Positions 21,424 to 29,799 of a stretch of DNA of 41,431 bases are shown piece after piece; position 1 is the stretch's first letter; every line of letters starts with the position of its first letter. The notes beneath the pieces are model-generated. The model made no database searches. It saw only the letters and a program-made list of their open reading frames with translations, and was not told the DNA's origin. Position numbers and translations under genes: made by a program. The stretch comes from Gammaproteobacteria bacterium (lineage in GTDB: Bacteria > Pseudomonadota > Gammaproteobacteria > SZUA-229), in assembly GCA_003229115.1 (NCBI GenBank), contig QIHT01000215.1, positions 1-41,431 of the forward strand. Direction: 5' to 3'.

Positions 21424-22189
21424 TCGTTTTTCTCCCATGCAAGCTAATCAGTTTAGAAACGGGTACAAGCTCAATATTATGTTTTTCGAGTTCTTGCAGG
21501 TGTTCTTTTATAAATGCAATCGTGGTTGGATATGGATGAGCAATTGCAATCGCGTAGCCTCGTTTGTTGGCAATTTGTATAAAACGGGCAAATTGTTTTT
21601 TTATGGTTTCAGGTTTGGGGTCCGGATCCAGGAAAACATCGCGAATCAGATTGGGAACCTGGTGTGCAGTAGCGAAGTGCGCGGCGACTGACTTGCTGCT
21701 GGTAAGGCTGTCAACAAAATACAAATCATCCTGCCTGGATATCTCTTGCATAAGCCAGTCCATGTGTCCGGGGTGGCGGGTTAACAGGCTGCCCATGTGG
21801 TTATTGATTCCACGAACGTAGGGAACCGAAGCCAGGTTGGTTTTTAACTGTTGTACAAACGCGTTGCGTGACATATGAAGATCAAGCGTTCCGGGTGAAT
21901 ACGGGTGATGTTCAACCGACTGCAAAGGCAGGTGTAACATAACCTCCTTCTGGTTATGGTGAGCCATGGTTGCGAGTTTTTTTGCAAAGTCTGTTTGTGG
22001 CAGGAAGGCCAGTGTCAGAGGCGCGGGAAAATCAATCAGGGCCTGTCCGTGCTCATAGTTATTACCCAGGTCATCAATAATGATGCTGACAAGTTTTGCG
22101 GAGTAAACCAGCGATGTGCTACTGGCAAGCAGCAGTAAGAAAAAAGTTGTTAAGATTCTCTTATGTGTTTTGCCCGTGCGACTTTCCAT
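21386..22189 (-). CDS. divergent polysaccharide deacetylase family protein (YibQ-like)
   Basis: Signal peptide FFLLLLASSTSLVYSA. Motifs: IIIDDLGNN, LTLAFLP, EVMLHLPLQ, INNHMGS and YFVDSLT. Follows the envC-like and S41 protease genes, as in many gammaproteobacteria. Confidence 0.88.
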   Translation of the reverse strand: MESRTGKTHKRILTTFFLLLLASSTSLVYSAKLVSIIIDDLGNNYEHGQALIDFPAPLTLAFLPQTDFAKKLATMAHHNQKEVMLHLPLQSVEHHPYSPGTLDLHMSRNAFVQQLKTNLASVPYVRGINNHMGSLLTRHPGHMDWLMQEISRQDDLYFVDSLTSSKSVAAHFATAHQVPNLIRDVFLDPDPKPETIKKQFARFIQIANKRGYAIAIAHPYPTTIAFIKEHLQELEKHNIELVPVSKLISLHGRKTNVTCTGTACAGM

Positions 22190-22203
22190 TCAATCGGGCA
22201 TAC

Positions 22204-23532
22204 TCAGGACTTGTGGCTGAGGATGGTTAATCCTTTGAGTAATACAAGCGCTTCATGGAGCTGGTAGTCATCCGAGGCTAACACCTTTTTATTTTTTTCA
22301 GAATCAGCCTTAGCCTGGGCTTCTTTCTGGATTTCTTCATCAGTTTTATCCGGGTTGCTGATGTGTCCGCCTAGATCAGATTCTTTGATTCGTGAAATGG
22401 GTTCTTTTTTTGTTTCAGTTACCGTAAATTTATCAAGAAGAATATCAGGTGTTATGCCTTCACCCTGAATGGAACGACCTGATGGAGTGAAGTAGCGAGC
22501 CGTAGTAATCTTGACTGCACCACCACTGCGTAGTTCCTGAATAGTTTGCACTGAACCTTTACCGAAAGATTTTGATCCCATGACAACGGCCCTATTATGA
22601 TCCTGCAATGCGCCGGCAACAATTTCAGACGCAGACGCGGAGCCGCCATTAATCAAAACAACTATAGGCGCACCATTTAATATATCACCGGGTTTTGCGT
22701 TGAATTCAAAATGCGAATTTTCAATGCGGCCTTCGGTATAAACCAGCTTGCCCTTGTTAATGAACAGGTCAGATACATCTGCAGCAGCGTTGAGCACGCC
22801 GCCCGGGTTGTTGCGCAGATCGAGTACCAGGCCTTTTAACTCATCGCCGTACTCTTTTTTAAGATCGTTAATCGCCTGCAGCAGATCTCTGGGAGTTTTC
22901 GACTGGAAATTACTGACTCGAACATATCCGTAACCCGGATCAAGCATCCGATTTTTTACGCTCTTAACTTTGATGATGTCACGCGTCACCCCAATAACCA
23001 GTGGTTTGTTTTCGCCTTCGCGAATAATGGTCAGTTTTATATCCGATCCGGGCTCGCCACGCATTATTTTGACGGCAGAATTTAAAGTCATACCTTTCAC
23101 AGACTGATCATCCAGCCTGATGATCAGGTCGCCAGCTTTTACACCGGCGTAAAAAGCCGGCGTATCATCAATCGGTGAGATCACTTTGACAAAACCATCT
23201 TCCATGCCTACCTGTATACCCAGGCCTCCGAACTGACCCGAGGTGCCAATACGCAGTTCTTTGTATTCGTCTGGATTGAGATAAGTTGAATGGGGATCGA
23301 GGCCAGTTAGCATGCCTTTGATAGCATTCTCAAGCAGGGTTTTGTCTTCTACATCTTCAACATAATCAGATTTTATACGTGAGAAAATGTCTGAAAAATT
23401 GCGCAACTGATCCAGTGGCAAGCCCACAGATTCCGAGTCCTTGGTAGCGAACACATTGCCAGTGATGGAAGCTGAAATACCGACAAAAATGCCTAAGACC
23501 AGTACCAGCGCGGTCTTGAATTGTTTACTCAT
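22204..23532 (-). CDS. S41-family carboxy-terminal processing protease (Ctp/Prc-like) with a PDZ domain
   Basis: The internal ATG at 23532 (GGAG 9 nt upstream) gives the anchor MSKQFKTALVLVLGIFVGISA; the ORF-track extension to 23616 has no SD. PDZ region GGLGIQV ... SPIDDTPAFYAGVKAGDLI. Catalytic blocks LDLRNNPGG, LINGGSASASEI and GSKSFGKGSVQ. Confidence 0.93.
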   Translation of the reverse strand: MSKQFKTALVLVLGIFVGISASITGNVFATKDSESVGLPLDQLRNFSDIFSRIKSDYVEDVEDKTLLENAIKGMLTGLDPHSTYLNPDEYKELRIGTSGQFGGLGIQVGMEDGFVKVISPIDDTPAFYAGVKAGDLIIRLDDQSVKGMTLNSAVKIMRGEPGSDIKLTIIREGENKPLVIGVTRDIIKVKSVKNRMLDPGYGYVRVSNFQSKTPRDLLQAINDLKKEYGDELKGLVLDLRNNPGGVLNAAADVSDLFINKGKLVYTEGRIENSHFEFNAKPGDILNGAPIVVLINGGSASASEIVAGALQDHNRAVVMGSKSFGKGSVQTIQELRSGGAVKITTARYFTPSGRSIQGEGITPDILLDKFTVTETKKEPISRIKESDLGGHISNPDKTDEEIQKEAQAKADSEKNKKVLASDDYQLHEALVLLKGLTILSHKS

Positions 23533-23688
23533 CAAAAAGTGCTCCAGGCCGAAAAGACCAATAACGTTATCTACAGAGTTTAGCTTATTCAGCCGGTATT
23601 CTGCGGCTTTCATCAATAATATATCTTAGAGTGCCAGGATGTCGGCATGTTCCGATAAAAGGCCATGAAATGACGTTTTTACGGTGAT

Positions 23689-24882
23689 TTAGCGAGCGGC
23701 TGAGTGCTGCACGGAGCGGGAGCACCAGCGATAAGGGTCGATAGTCTTGCCGCGAGAGCGGATCTCGAAATATAGACCTGATGACGGTTGTCCACCACTG
23801 TCGCCGACACTGGCAATAACCTCACCCGCAGAAACCCAGTCGCCTGCCTGCTTGAACAGAGATTCACTATGTCCGTAAAGACTCATGAAGCCCTCTCCGT
23901 GGTCAATGATGGTGATGAAGCCGAAGCCCTGTAGCCAGTCAGCAAAAGCCACGCGGCCATGGCTTACTGCACGTATTGGTACGCCGTAGGAGGCACCGAT
24001 CAAGACGCCTTTCCACTTCAGGTCTCCCCTGTTTTTAGTCTGGCCATAGCGTGCCAGAAATGGGCCCTGAACTGGCCAGGGCAAGCGCCCCTTTTGTTGG
24101 CCAAAGGGCGTTTGCTCCCCGGGCGCAGCGGGTATATCGGCGAGCAGCTCGCCTAATGACATTAACAGGTCTTCAATTCTGCCACGGCTGGATTCAAGGT
24201 CAGCCAGGGTTTGTTGCTGATTATTGATTTTTCTATCCAGCTGCGCAAGTAACTGGTTTCTTTTAAGCCGTTGTTTTTGCAGGTTCCTTTTCTGTTTTTT
24301 GCGTTTTGTGAGGGCTGTATTTTGAGAACTAAGTGCAGAAGAGAGCTCATTCTCTTTTTTGTGCCGGGTTTCTATAGATTGTATGAAATTCGAAATCTCT
24401 CTTTCCCTGGCTCGATTGAGATAATCGAAATAAATCTGTATTCGCCCTGTTTCGCTGGAGTCCTGCTGATTTAACAACATTTTGAGATGTTGCTGTGATC
24501 CCAGCGCATAAGCGGCACGTATCTGGTCTGCCAGCGTCGCTCTTTGTTGGCGGAGCAGTCTGGAGAGGGCAGCAAGGTCCTTTTTAAGCTGCCCGATTTG
24601 ACCATTGAGCTTGCGGATTTTGTATTCGGTGGATTTAAGAGCCCTGGAGTTCTTACTGATCTCGCTTTCCAGTTTTTTCAGGTCTGTCAGCAAATGGCTT
24701 TTGCGGCTGCGGGTATTTTTCAGGTGTTGATGGACTTTTTTTATGCTTTTTTGCAGACGTTCAAGCTTATTCTGGTAGCCCGAAGCATCGGTTGGCTCAG
24801 TGGCCAGGCTGTTGAGCGGGTAAATCGTAGCAAATAACAGGAGGGAAACCAGACCCAGGCAGGCCTTTCTATTGAAAAACAT
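23689..24882 (-). CDS. envC: murein hydrolase activator EnvC-like protein (coiled coil plus M23/LytM domain)
   Basis: Signal peptide MFFNRKACLGLVSLLLFATIYPLNSLA, a long Q/K/L-rich coiled coil, and a C-terminal LytM domain (GVLIGASYGVPIRAVSHGRVAFADWLQGFGFITIIDHGEGFMSLYGH ... GDSGG ... LYFEIR). Confidence 0.9.
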   Translation of the reverse strand: MFFNRKACLGLVSLLLFATIYPLNSLATEPTDASGYQNKLERLQKSIKKVHQHLKNTRSRKSHLLTDLKKLESEISKNSRALKSTEYKIRKLNGQIGQLKKDLAALSRLLRQQRATLADQIRAAYALGSQQHLKMLLNQQDSSETGRIQIYFDYLNRAREREISNFIQSIETRHKKENELSSALSSQNTALTKRKKQKRNLQKQRLKRNQLLAQLDRKINNQQQTLADLESSRGRIEDLLMSLGELLADIPAAPGEQTPFGQQKGRLPWPVQGPFLARYGQTKNRGDLKWKGVLIGASYGVPIRAVSHGRVAFADWLQGFGFITIIDHGEGFMSLYGHSESLFKQAGDWVSAGEVIASVGDSGGQPSSGLYFEIRSRGKTIDPYRWCSRSVQHSAAR

Positions 24883-25049
24883 GGACTTAGAATAGCATTA
24901 CACAGAGGGGGTGATGGTCGGCTAGCACCTTAAAATGACAAATTTTTTCTGATTCAGTAATTTCTCTACTTTTTTTAAAAAAAATGTGTATCATAGTATT
25001 GGCTTTTAATTATATAGTTATAGATAAAACAAAGAGGGTTTCGTCGCAC

Positions 25050-25385
25050 ATGGTTGCAAGTCTAGAAGATCCGTTATTGATGGCGCGTGACGAAGATATT
25101 AATCGTGCTTCGCGTTCGCTGAAAGCAATGTCTCACCCGCTTCGTTTAAAAATTCTCTGCACACTCGGCGATAATGAGGTGAGTGTACAGGATATAGTTG
25201 AGGCAGTGGGTACGTCACAGAGCAATATCTCACAGCATTTAGCTATTTTGCGCGACAAGGGAATACTCGCTTCCAGAAAGGATGCTAACAAGGTTTTCTA
25301 CCGTGTTGGCGATACCCGTACACTACGTTTGATAGGCATGATGCAGGAAGTATTCTGCTCGACTGGCCACAACGTTGGCGAATAA
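25050..25385 (+). CDS. ArsR/SmtB-family winged-helix transcriptional regulator
   Basis: Internal ATG at 25050; the ORF-track start at 24984 adds an implausible hydrophobic extension. Motifs: LKAMSHPLRLKILCTL and VQDIVEAVGTSQSNISQHLAILRDKGIL, the ArsR HTH. Cys residues in ILCTL and in the C-terminal VFCSTG. Confidence 0.88.
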   Translation: MVASLEDPLLMARDEDINRASRSLKAMSHPLRLKILCTLGDNEVSVQDIVEAVGTSQSNISQHLAILRDKGILASRKDANKVFYRVGDTRTLRLIGMMQEVFCSTGHNVGE

Positions 25386-25455
25386 GTTATCTGGTTTTTA
25401 GCCTGTAAAAAGTAATTACATTCACATCTGAATTTTTGTAGAGCAGTTCTCTGTT

Positions 25456-25881
25456 ATGGAACACCTGTCCGAGTTTATTAGCAATCATCTTTTTCTTTGG
25501 GGCGCATTAGTTGCCGTTTTGATTTTGCTTGTTAAGTCTGAAATAGAACATCAAAGTGGTAAATCAAATCAACTGAATCCGATGAATGCTATCCGCATGA
25601 TGAATAATGAAGATGCACTGGTGCTGGATGTTCGTGAGACCGCAGATTTTGGTAAAGGGCATATCAAGAATGCTAAAAACATGCCTTTCTCCTCATTAAA
25701 GGTCAAGCTTAAAGATATTACAAAATACAAGAATGCGGCTGTACTGGCCTACTGTAATACGGGTACGGTTTCTAACAAGGCATGCAAGGTTTTGCAGAAT
25801 GAGGGCTTCAGTAACGTGCATAATATTGCGGGTGGTATTAACAGTTGGCTGGAAGCAAAGCTACCCACCACAAAAAAATAG
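25456..25881 (+). CDS. membrane-anchored single-domain rhodanese (sulfurtransferase-like)
   Basis: N-terminal TM segment LFLWGALVAVLILLV. Rhodanese fold with LVLDVRE ... GHIKNAKN and the active-site loop AYCNTGTVS. Confidence 0.88.
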   Translation: MEHLSEFISNHLFLWGALVAVLILLVKSEIEHQSGKSNQLNPMNAIRMMNNEDALVLDVRETADFGKGHIKNAKNMPFSSLKVKLKDITKYKNAAVLAYCNTGTVSNKACKVLQNEGFSNVHNIAGGINSWLEAKLPTTKK

Positions 25882-25946
25882 TCAATAGACATTAAATTAT
25901 TATCAGGCTTTATGATTAAAGCCGCAGGTTAACGGGATATTTCAAT

Positions 25947-26435
25947 ATGGCAGAAGAAAATAAAAATCAACAGGCAGCAGAACAGCAGTTTGTTATCCAA
26001 AAAATCTTTTTAAAAGATGTTTCCTTTGAATCACCCAATGCGCCTGCTGTGTTCAGCGATGATTCTGGCACATGGCAGCCGGAAATCAATGTTCAAATCA
26101 ATAGCGCTAACCAGAATGTTGGGCAGGATCTTTACGAGGTTGTTTTAACAATTACCGTCACCGCCAAGCAAAACAAAAAAACGGCTTTTCTGGTCGAAGT
26201 TAAACAGGCCGGCCTGTTTACCATGAGCGGTTTCCCTGATGAAAACAAAGGTGGCATGTTGGGTGCCTACTGTCCGGAAACATTGTTTCCGTATGCCAGA
26301 GAAGTGGTTTCCAACCTGGTGACCAATGGCGGCTTCCCGCAGTTACTGCTGACCCCGGTTAACTTCAATGCCTTGTACGCTCAGCACATGCAGCAACAGC
26401 AGGCCGCTACCGCAGATCAGGACACGGCGCACTAG
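25947..26435 (+). CDS. secB: protein-export chaperone SecB
   Basis: 162 aa. FVIQKIFLKDVSFESPNAP, CPETLFPYAREVVSNLVTNGGFPQLLLTPVNF and an acidic/Gln-rich tail. Confidence 0.96.
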   Translation: MAEENKNQQAAEQQFVIQKIFLKDVSFESPNAPAVFSDDSGTWQPEINVQINSANQNVGQDLYEVVLTITVTAKQNKKTAFLVEVKQAGLFTMSGFPDENKGGMLGAYCPETLFPYAREVVSNLVTNGGFPQLLLTPVNFNALYAQHMQQQQAATADQDTAH

Positions 26436-26438
26436 GCA

Positions 26439-27449
26439 TTGAATGGTAGCCAGCTAAAGCCGGTTACTGTACTGGGCGCAGGTTCCTGGGGCTCGGCGCT
26501 GGCGATTCATCTTGCCCGAGCCGGGCTACAAATCCGGTTATGGGGCAACGAACCTGATCACATGGTGCGTCTGCAGCAGCAACGTTGTAATCAGCAATTT
26601 CTTCCTGATGTCGAGTTCCCTGAATCATTAGAGGTTCATGCAGATCTTGCGCAGTCTCTGCAATCAACAGGCTGGATTTTGCTGGCGATCCCGAGTTACG
26701 CGTTTCGCTCCTTTCTTGCTTCGGCCACTGATCTTATTGATACGAAGACGCCCGTAGTCTGGGCCAGTAAAGGACTCGAAGAAGGTACCGGGAAATTATT
26801 GCACCAGGTGGTTAGTGAAGAACTGCCACAGTGCTCCCGAATGGCGGTCATTTCAGGGCCGACGTTTGCGGGTGAGGTCGCAAGGAATATGCCGACAGCC
26901 ATAACCGTCGCTTCTGACTCTGAATCTCTGGCCGATGAAGTCAGCCATTATTTACACCACGGCAATTTTCGCGCTTATACCAGTAATGATGTGACCGGTG
27001 TTGAACTGGGTGGCGCATTAAAAAACGTACTGGCGATTGCTTCCGGTGCTGCTGACGGCCTGGGTTTTGGCGCGAATGCGAGGGCGGCTTTGATTACACG
27101 CGGCCTTTCCGAGGTGGTGCGCCTGGGCACCACCATGGGGGGCCGCATGGAAACGTTTATGGGTCTGGCCGGTATGGGTGACCTGGTATTAACCTGTACC
27201 GATAACCAGTCGCGCAATCGCAGGATGGGACTGATGTTGGCCGAGGGCCTGTCAAAAGAGGAAATACGCGAAAAAATTGGCCAGGAGATTGAGGGTGTTA
27301 GAACGGCACGCGAGGTTATGAGTTTGTCAAAGATACATAATGTCGAGTTGCCCATATTCGAACAGGTATATAAAGTGTTGTACGAGGATCTGTCGCCGCA
27401 GGAAGCGGTTAAATATTTACTGGAAAGAAAATTAACCAGTGAAGTTTGA
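26439..27449 (+). CDS. gpsA: NAD(P)H-dependent glycerol-3-phosphate dehydrogenase
   Basis: 336 aa, apparently a TTG start. VTVLGAGSWGSALA (Rossmann fold), GPTFAGEVA, LKNVLAIASG and GDLVLTCTDNQSRNRRMG. The secB-gpsA adjacency is conserved. Confidence 0.96.
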   Translation: MNGSQLKPVTVLGAGSWGSALAIHLARAGLQIRLWGNEPDHMVRLQQQRCNQQFLPDVEFPESLEVHADLAQSLQSTGWILLAIPSYAFRSFLASATDLIDTKTPVVWASKGLEEGTGKLLHQVVSEELPQCSRMAVISGPTFAGEVARNMPTAITVASDSESLADEVSHYLHHGNFRAYTSNDVTGVELGGALKNVLAIASGAADGLGFGANARAALITRGLSEVVRLGTTMGGRMETFMGLAGMGDLVLTCTDNQSRNRRMGLMLAEGLSKEEIREKIGQEIEGVRTAREVMSLSKIHNVELPIFEQVYKVLYEDLSPQEAVKYLLERKLTSEV

Positions 27450-27481
27450 ATCGCCCGGCTAGTCTGATTGTTAAAAACTTT

Positions 27482-27802
27482 AAAAGCATTCACCACAGAG
27501 GCACAGAGAGCACAGAGGAAAACGTTTTTATTGTTAACTGCGCCGTAGGCGTAGTTAACAATACGAAAACTCTGTGTTCTCTGTGCCTCTGTGGTGAACG
27601 CTTTTGACCTGGCTTTGAAAACCATCAATACCCGTTATTTAGCCGTTAACGAAACTAACGATGGAATCTTTAGTAGGGTGGGCATTGCCCACCTTTACCC
27701 ATGTCGGGCAATGCCCGACCTACGAACTAACAAGAAAAACGTTTCCTCTGTGTTCTCTGTGCCTCTGTGGTGAATGCTTTTGATCTGGTTTTGAAAACCA
27801 TC
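27482..27802. repeat. mosaic of REP-type repeats filling the convergent gpsA/trmL spacer (family 2 in three copies, plus a GTAGG-type REP pair)
   Basis: Family 2: AAAAGCATTCACCACAGAGGCACAGAGAGCACAGAGG (27482-27518) is an inverted copy of CTCTGTGTTCTCTGTGCCTCTGTGGTGAACGCTTTT (27570-27605). A 57-nt direct repeat occurs at 27570-27626 and 27746-27802 with a few mismatches. An inner hairpin is TTGTTAACT ... AGTTAACAA (27531-27561). The REP pair GTAGGGTGGGCATTGCCCACC / GTCGGGCAATGCCCGACCTAC lies at 27673-27723. Confidence 0.85.
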
Positions 27803-27816
27803 TCCATACCCGCTAT

Positions 27817-28269
27817 TTAAGCCAGCCCTTTAAAGCCGATTTGGCGTAACGCTTCGTAAACCACCACCGCGACAGTATTAGACAGGTTCAGGCTCCGGCT
27901 TTGCTCAAGCATGGGCAATCGCAGGACATTTTTTGTGGCTAGTGAATCAAGATAAGCCTGTGGCAAGCCCCGTGTTTCCGGGCCGAACACCAGCGTGTCA
28001 CCCGCTTGATAATCAGCATCACAATAGTTTGTAGTGCCACGGGTAGACAGGGCATAGGTGGTTGAGGCCGGTAAATCTTCCAGTGTGGCGTGTATTTTGA
28101 CGTCGGCCCATTCATGATAATCCAGCCCGGCACGGCGTAATTTTTTGTCTTCCAGTTCGAAGCCCAGTGGCTCAATTAAATGTAATGAACACCCCGTATT
28201 GGCGCATAATCGAATGATATTCCCCGTGTTAGGCGGGATTTCGGGTTGGTAGAGAACGATATTAAACAT
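27817..28269 (-). CDS. trmL: tRNA (cytidine/uridine(34)-2'-O)-methyltransferase TrmL (SpoU/TrmH class)
   Basis: 150 aa. MFNIVLYQPEIPPNTGNIIRLCANTG, LVFGPETRGLP and SLNLSNTVAVVVYEALRQ. Confidence 0.95.
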   Translation of the reverse strand: MFNIVLYQPEIPPNTGNIIRLCANTGCSLHLIEPLGFELEDKKLRRAGLDYHEWADVKIHATLEDLPASTTYALSTRGTTNYCDADYQAGDTLVFGPETRGLPQAYLDSLATKNVLRLPMLEQSRSLNLSNTVAVVVYEALRQIGFKGLA

Positions 28270-28393
28270 AAGCGCAGTTTATAGCCTGTCGGTTCGAATC
28301 ACAGCAAGATTGAAACAGTTCACAGCTTTATCTTCGGCTTTTGCTATATAGTCTATTATTAGTGCAAAACTGCGTTTGCGGGTGCACGCTTAA

Positions 28394-29710
28394 ATGAAAG
28401 AAACCTTATTGAAGACTGAACTACAGCCCGATAAGCCGACCCTGTTGCTTGTCGATGATGACCCGTTGATTGCAGAAAGTCTGGGTTTTTTGTTACGCAA
28501 GCATTACCAGGTGATTATTGCTGATTCGAGGAGCAAAGCCTTCGAATTACTTTCCACGGAGCAACCTCATCCAGATATTGCCTTGATTGACCTGGGCTTG
28601 CCGCCCACGCCCCACAAACCCGATGAAGGTTTTGAGCTGGTTCGGGAGCTCATTGCCCAGCCCGGAGATATGAAAATACTGGTGCTGTCCGGGCAGGATA
28701 ATGACGTTAATATTCAACATGCATTGAGGCTGGGCGCGGTAGATTTTATTGCTAAACCTGCTGACCCCGAGTTGTTATTGGCGCGTTTGCAGCACCATTT
28801 GCGCTTGCGTGAAATCGAACAGCAAAACGACGCGCAGAGCGATTCATTGATTGTTGGCGAAAGTGTTTCGGTGTGTGCGATATTGCAGCAAATAGAGCAA
28901 TTTGCGGACTCCCCTTTCCCGGTGCTGATCCAGGGTGAGTCAGGAACCGGTAAGGAAATGATTGCAAAAGCTTTGCACGAACACAGCAAGCGAAAATCAG
29001 AACCCTACATGGCGATTAATTGCGCGGCTATCGCACCGGAACTGCTTGAAGCTCAGCTGTTTGGTCACCGCAAAGGCGCTTTTACCGGCGCTAACCAGGA
29101 GCACAAAGGTTTCTTCATTGAGGTTGGGCAGGGCACCTTATTACTGGATGAAATTGGCGAATTGCCATTGGCGCTTCAGGGTAAGTTATTACGGGTTATT
29201 GAAAATGGCGAATTCTATCGTGTTGGTGATACCCAGCAATTAAAGTCGCGTGCACGGATTATTGCTGCAACCAACAAAGTACTAAGAGATGAAGTGGCCA
29301 GCGGTAATTTTCGTACCGATCTGTACCATCGCCTGAGTATATTAAACATCTCCATGCCAGCGTTGAGAGAGCGAAACGATGACGTTTATCTTTTGTTGAA
29401 TTACTTCCAGTCAACCTATGCCGATACTGTAGCACCGTTTACACTGGATGACGAAGCGCGCGTGCTGTGGGGTGGTTATGAGTTTCCAGGCAATGTCCGT
29501 GAGTTGCGTAATATAGTGATTCGTTTGGGCACGCGTTATCCTGGCAGTCGAATAAGCAAGCAACAGCTGGAAGATGAACTAGAAACACAACTATCAGCGA
29601 GTGCGTTAGCTGATACCCGTGAATCATTGAGTGACGATAATATTAAGCAACTGATAAAAGCTTACTGGGAGAGGTTGAAGGCCGTTGCATACGTATCGCA
29701 CTGGAAATGA
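28394..29710 (+). CDS. sigma-54-dependent response regulator (PrsR/NtrC-like receiver plus AAA+ domain); the reading frame ends prematurely and the DNA-binding HTH lies in another frame (see next feature)
   Basis: Receiver: LLLVDDDP, IALIDLGLPPTPHKPDEGF, ILVLSGQ and FIAKP. AAA+: GESGTGKE (Walker A), the GAFTGA sigma-54 contact loop, LLLDEIGELP (Walker B), RIIAATN, FRTDLYHRL and FPGNVRELRN. The tail after about 29656 (AYWERLKAVAYVSHWK) does not resemble any NtrC-family C-terminus. Confidence 0.9.
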   Translation: MKETLLKTELQPDKPTLLLVDDDPLIAESLGFLLRKHYQVIIADSRSKAFELLSTEQPHPDIALIDLGLPPTPHKPDEGFELVRELIAQPGDMKILVLSGQDNDVNIQHALRLGAVDFIAKPADPELLLARLQHHLRLREIEQQNDAQSDSLIVGESVSVCAILQQIEQFADSPFPVLIQGESGTGKEMIAKALHEHSKRKSEPYMAINCAAIAPELLEAQLFGHRKGAFTGANQEHKGFFIEVGQGTLLLDEIGELPLALQGKLLRVIENGEFYRVGDTQQLKSRARIIAATNKVLRDEVASGNFRTDLYHRLSILNISMPALRERNDDVYLLLNYFQSTYADTVAPFTLDDEARVLWGGYEFPGNVRELRNIVIRLGTRYPGSRISKQQLEDELETQLSASALADTRESLSDDNIKQLIKAYWERLKAVAYVSHWK

Positions 29711-29799
29711 ACAATAACAATGTCAGTAAAGCGGCGGATGCATTAAATATAAACCGCACAACTTTGTACAGCAGGGTTCAGAAATTGGGGAAACAATAA
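29647..29799 (+). other. displaced Fis-type HTH segment of the sigma-54 activator (-1 frame relative to 28394-29710)
   Basis: My translation of the frame with codon starts at positions 1 mod 3 is (A)TDKSLLGEVEGRCIRIALEMNNNNVSKAADALNINRTTLYSRVQKLGKQ-stop. This is the canonical NtrC-family C-terminus (E..I..AL ... N.S.AA..L.I.R.TLY.R..KLG). Its TAA (29797-29799) abuts the ATG of the next gene at 29800. Confidence 0.85.

Noticed and set aside
25906-25923. Hairpin GGCTTTA-TGAT-TAAAGCC between the rhodanese gene and secB as a terminator or attenuator.
   Set aside because: It is a 7-bp AT-rich stem without a following T tract. This is too weak to call from sequence alone.
26975-27628. Long antisense or shadow ORFs, for example 26975-27628(-) 217 aa, 9501-10028(-) 175 aa, 8595-9065(-) 156 aa, 35115-35528(-) 137 aa, 34306-34707(-) 133 aa and 29821-30198(-) 125 aa.
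   Set aside because: All lie opposite or out of frame within strongly supported genes (gpsA, atpA, atpF/H, mshE, mshM-like). They have low-complexity or Ser/Ala/Arg/Cys-rich compositions typical of shadow frames, and no independent SD or promoter signals.
29651-29662. Programmed -1 ribosomal frameshifting as the explanation for the split regulator.
   Set aside because: The sequence CTGATAAAAGCT does not form a canonical X XXY YYZ slippery heptamer in the zero frame, and I saw no obvious downstream pseudoknot or hairpin. A homopolymer indel, real or a sequencing error, is more parsimonious. This is kept as a minor alternative under the frameshift finding.
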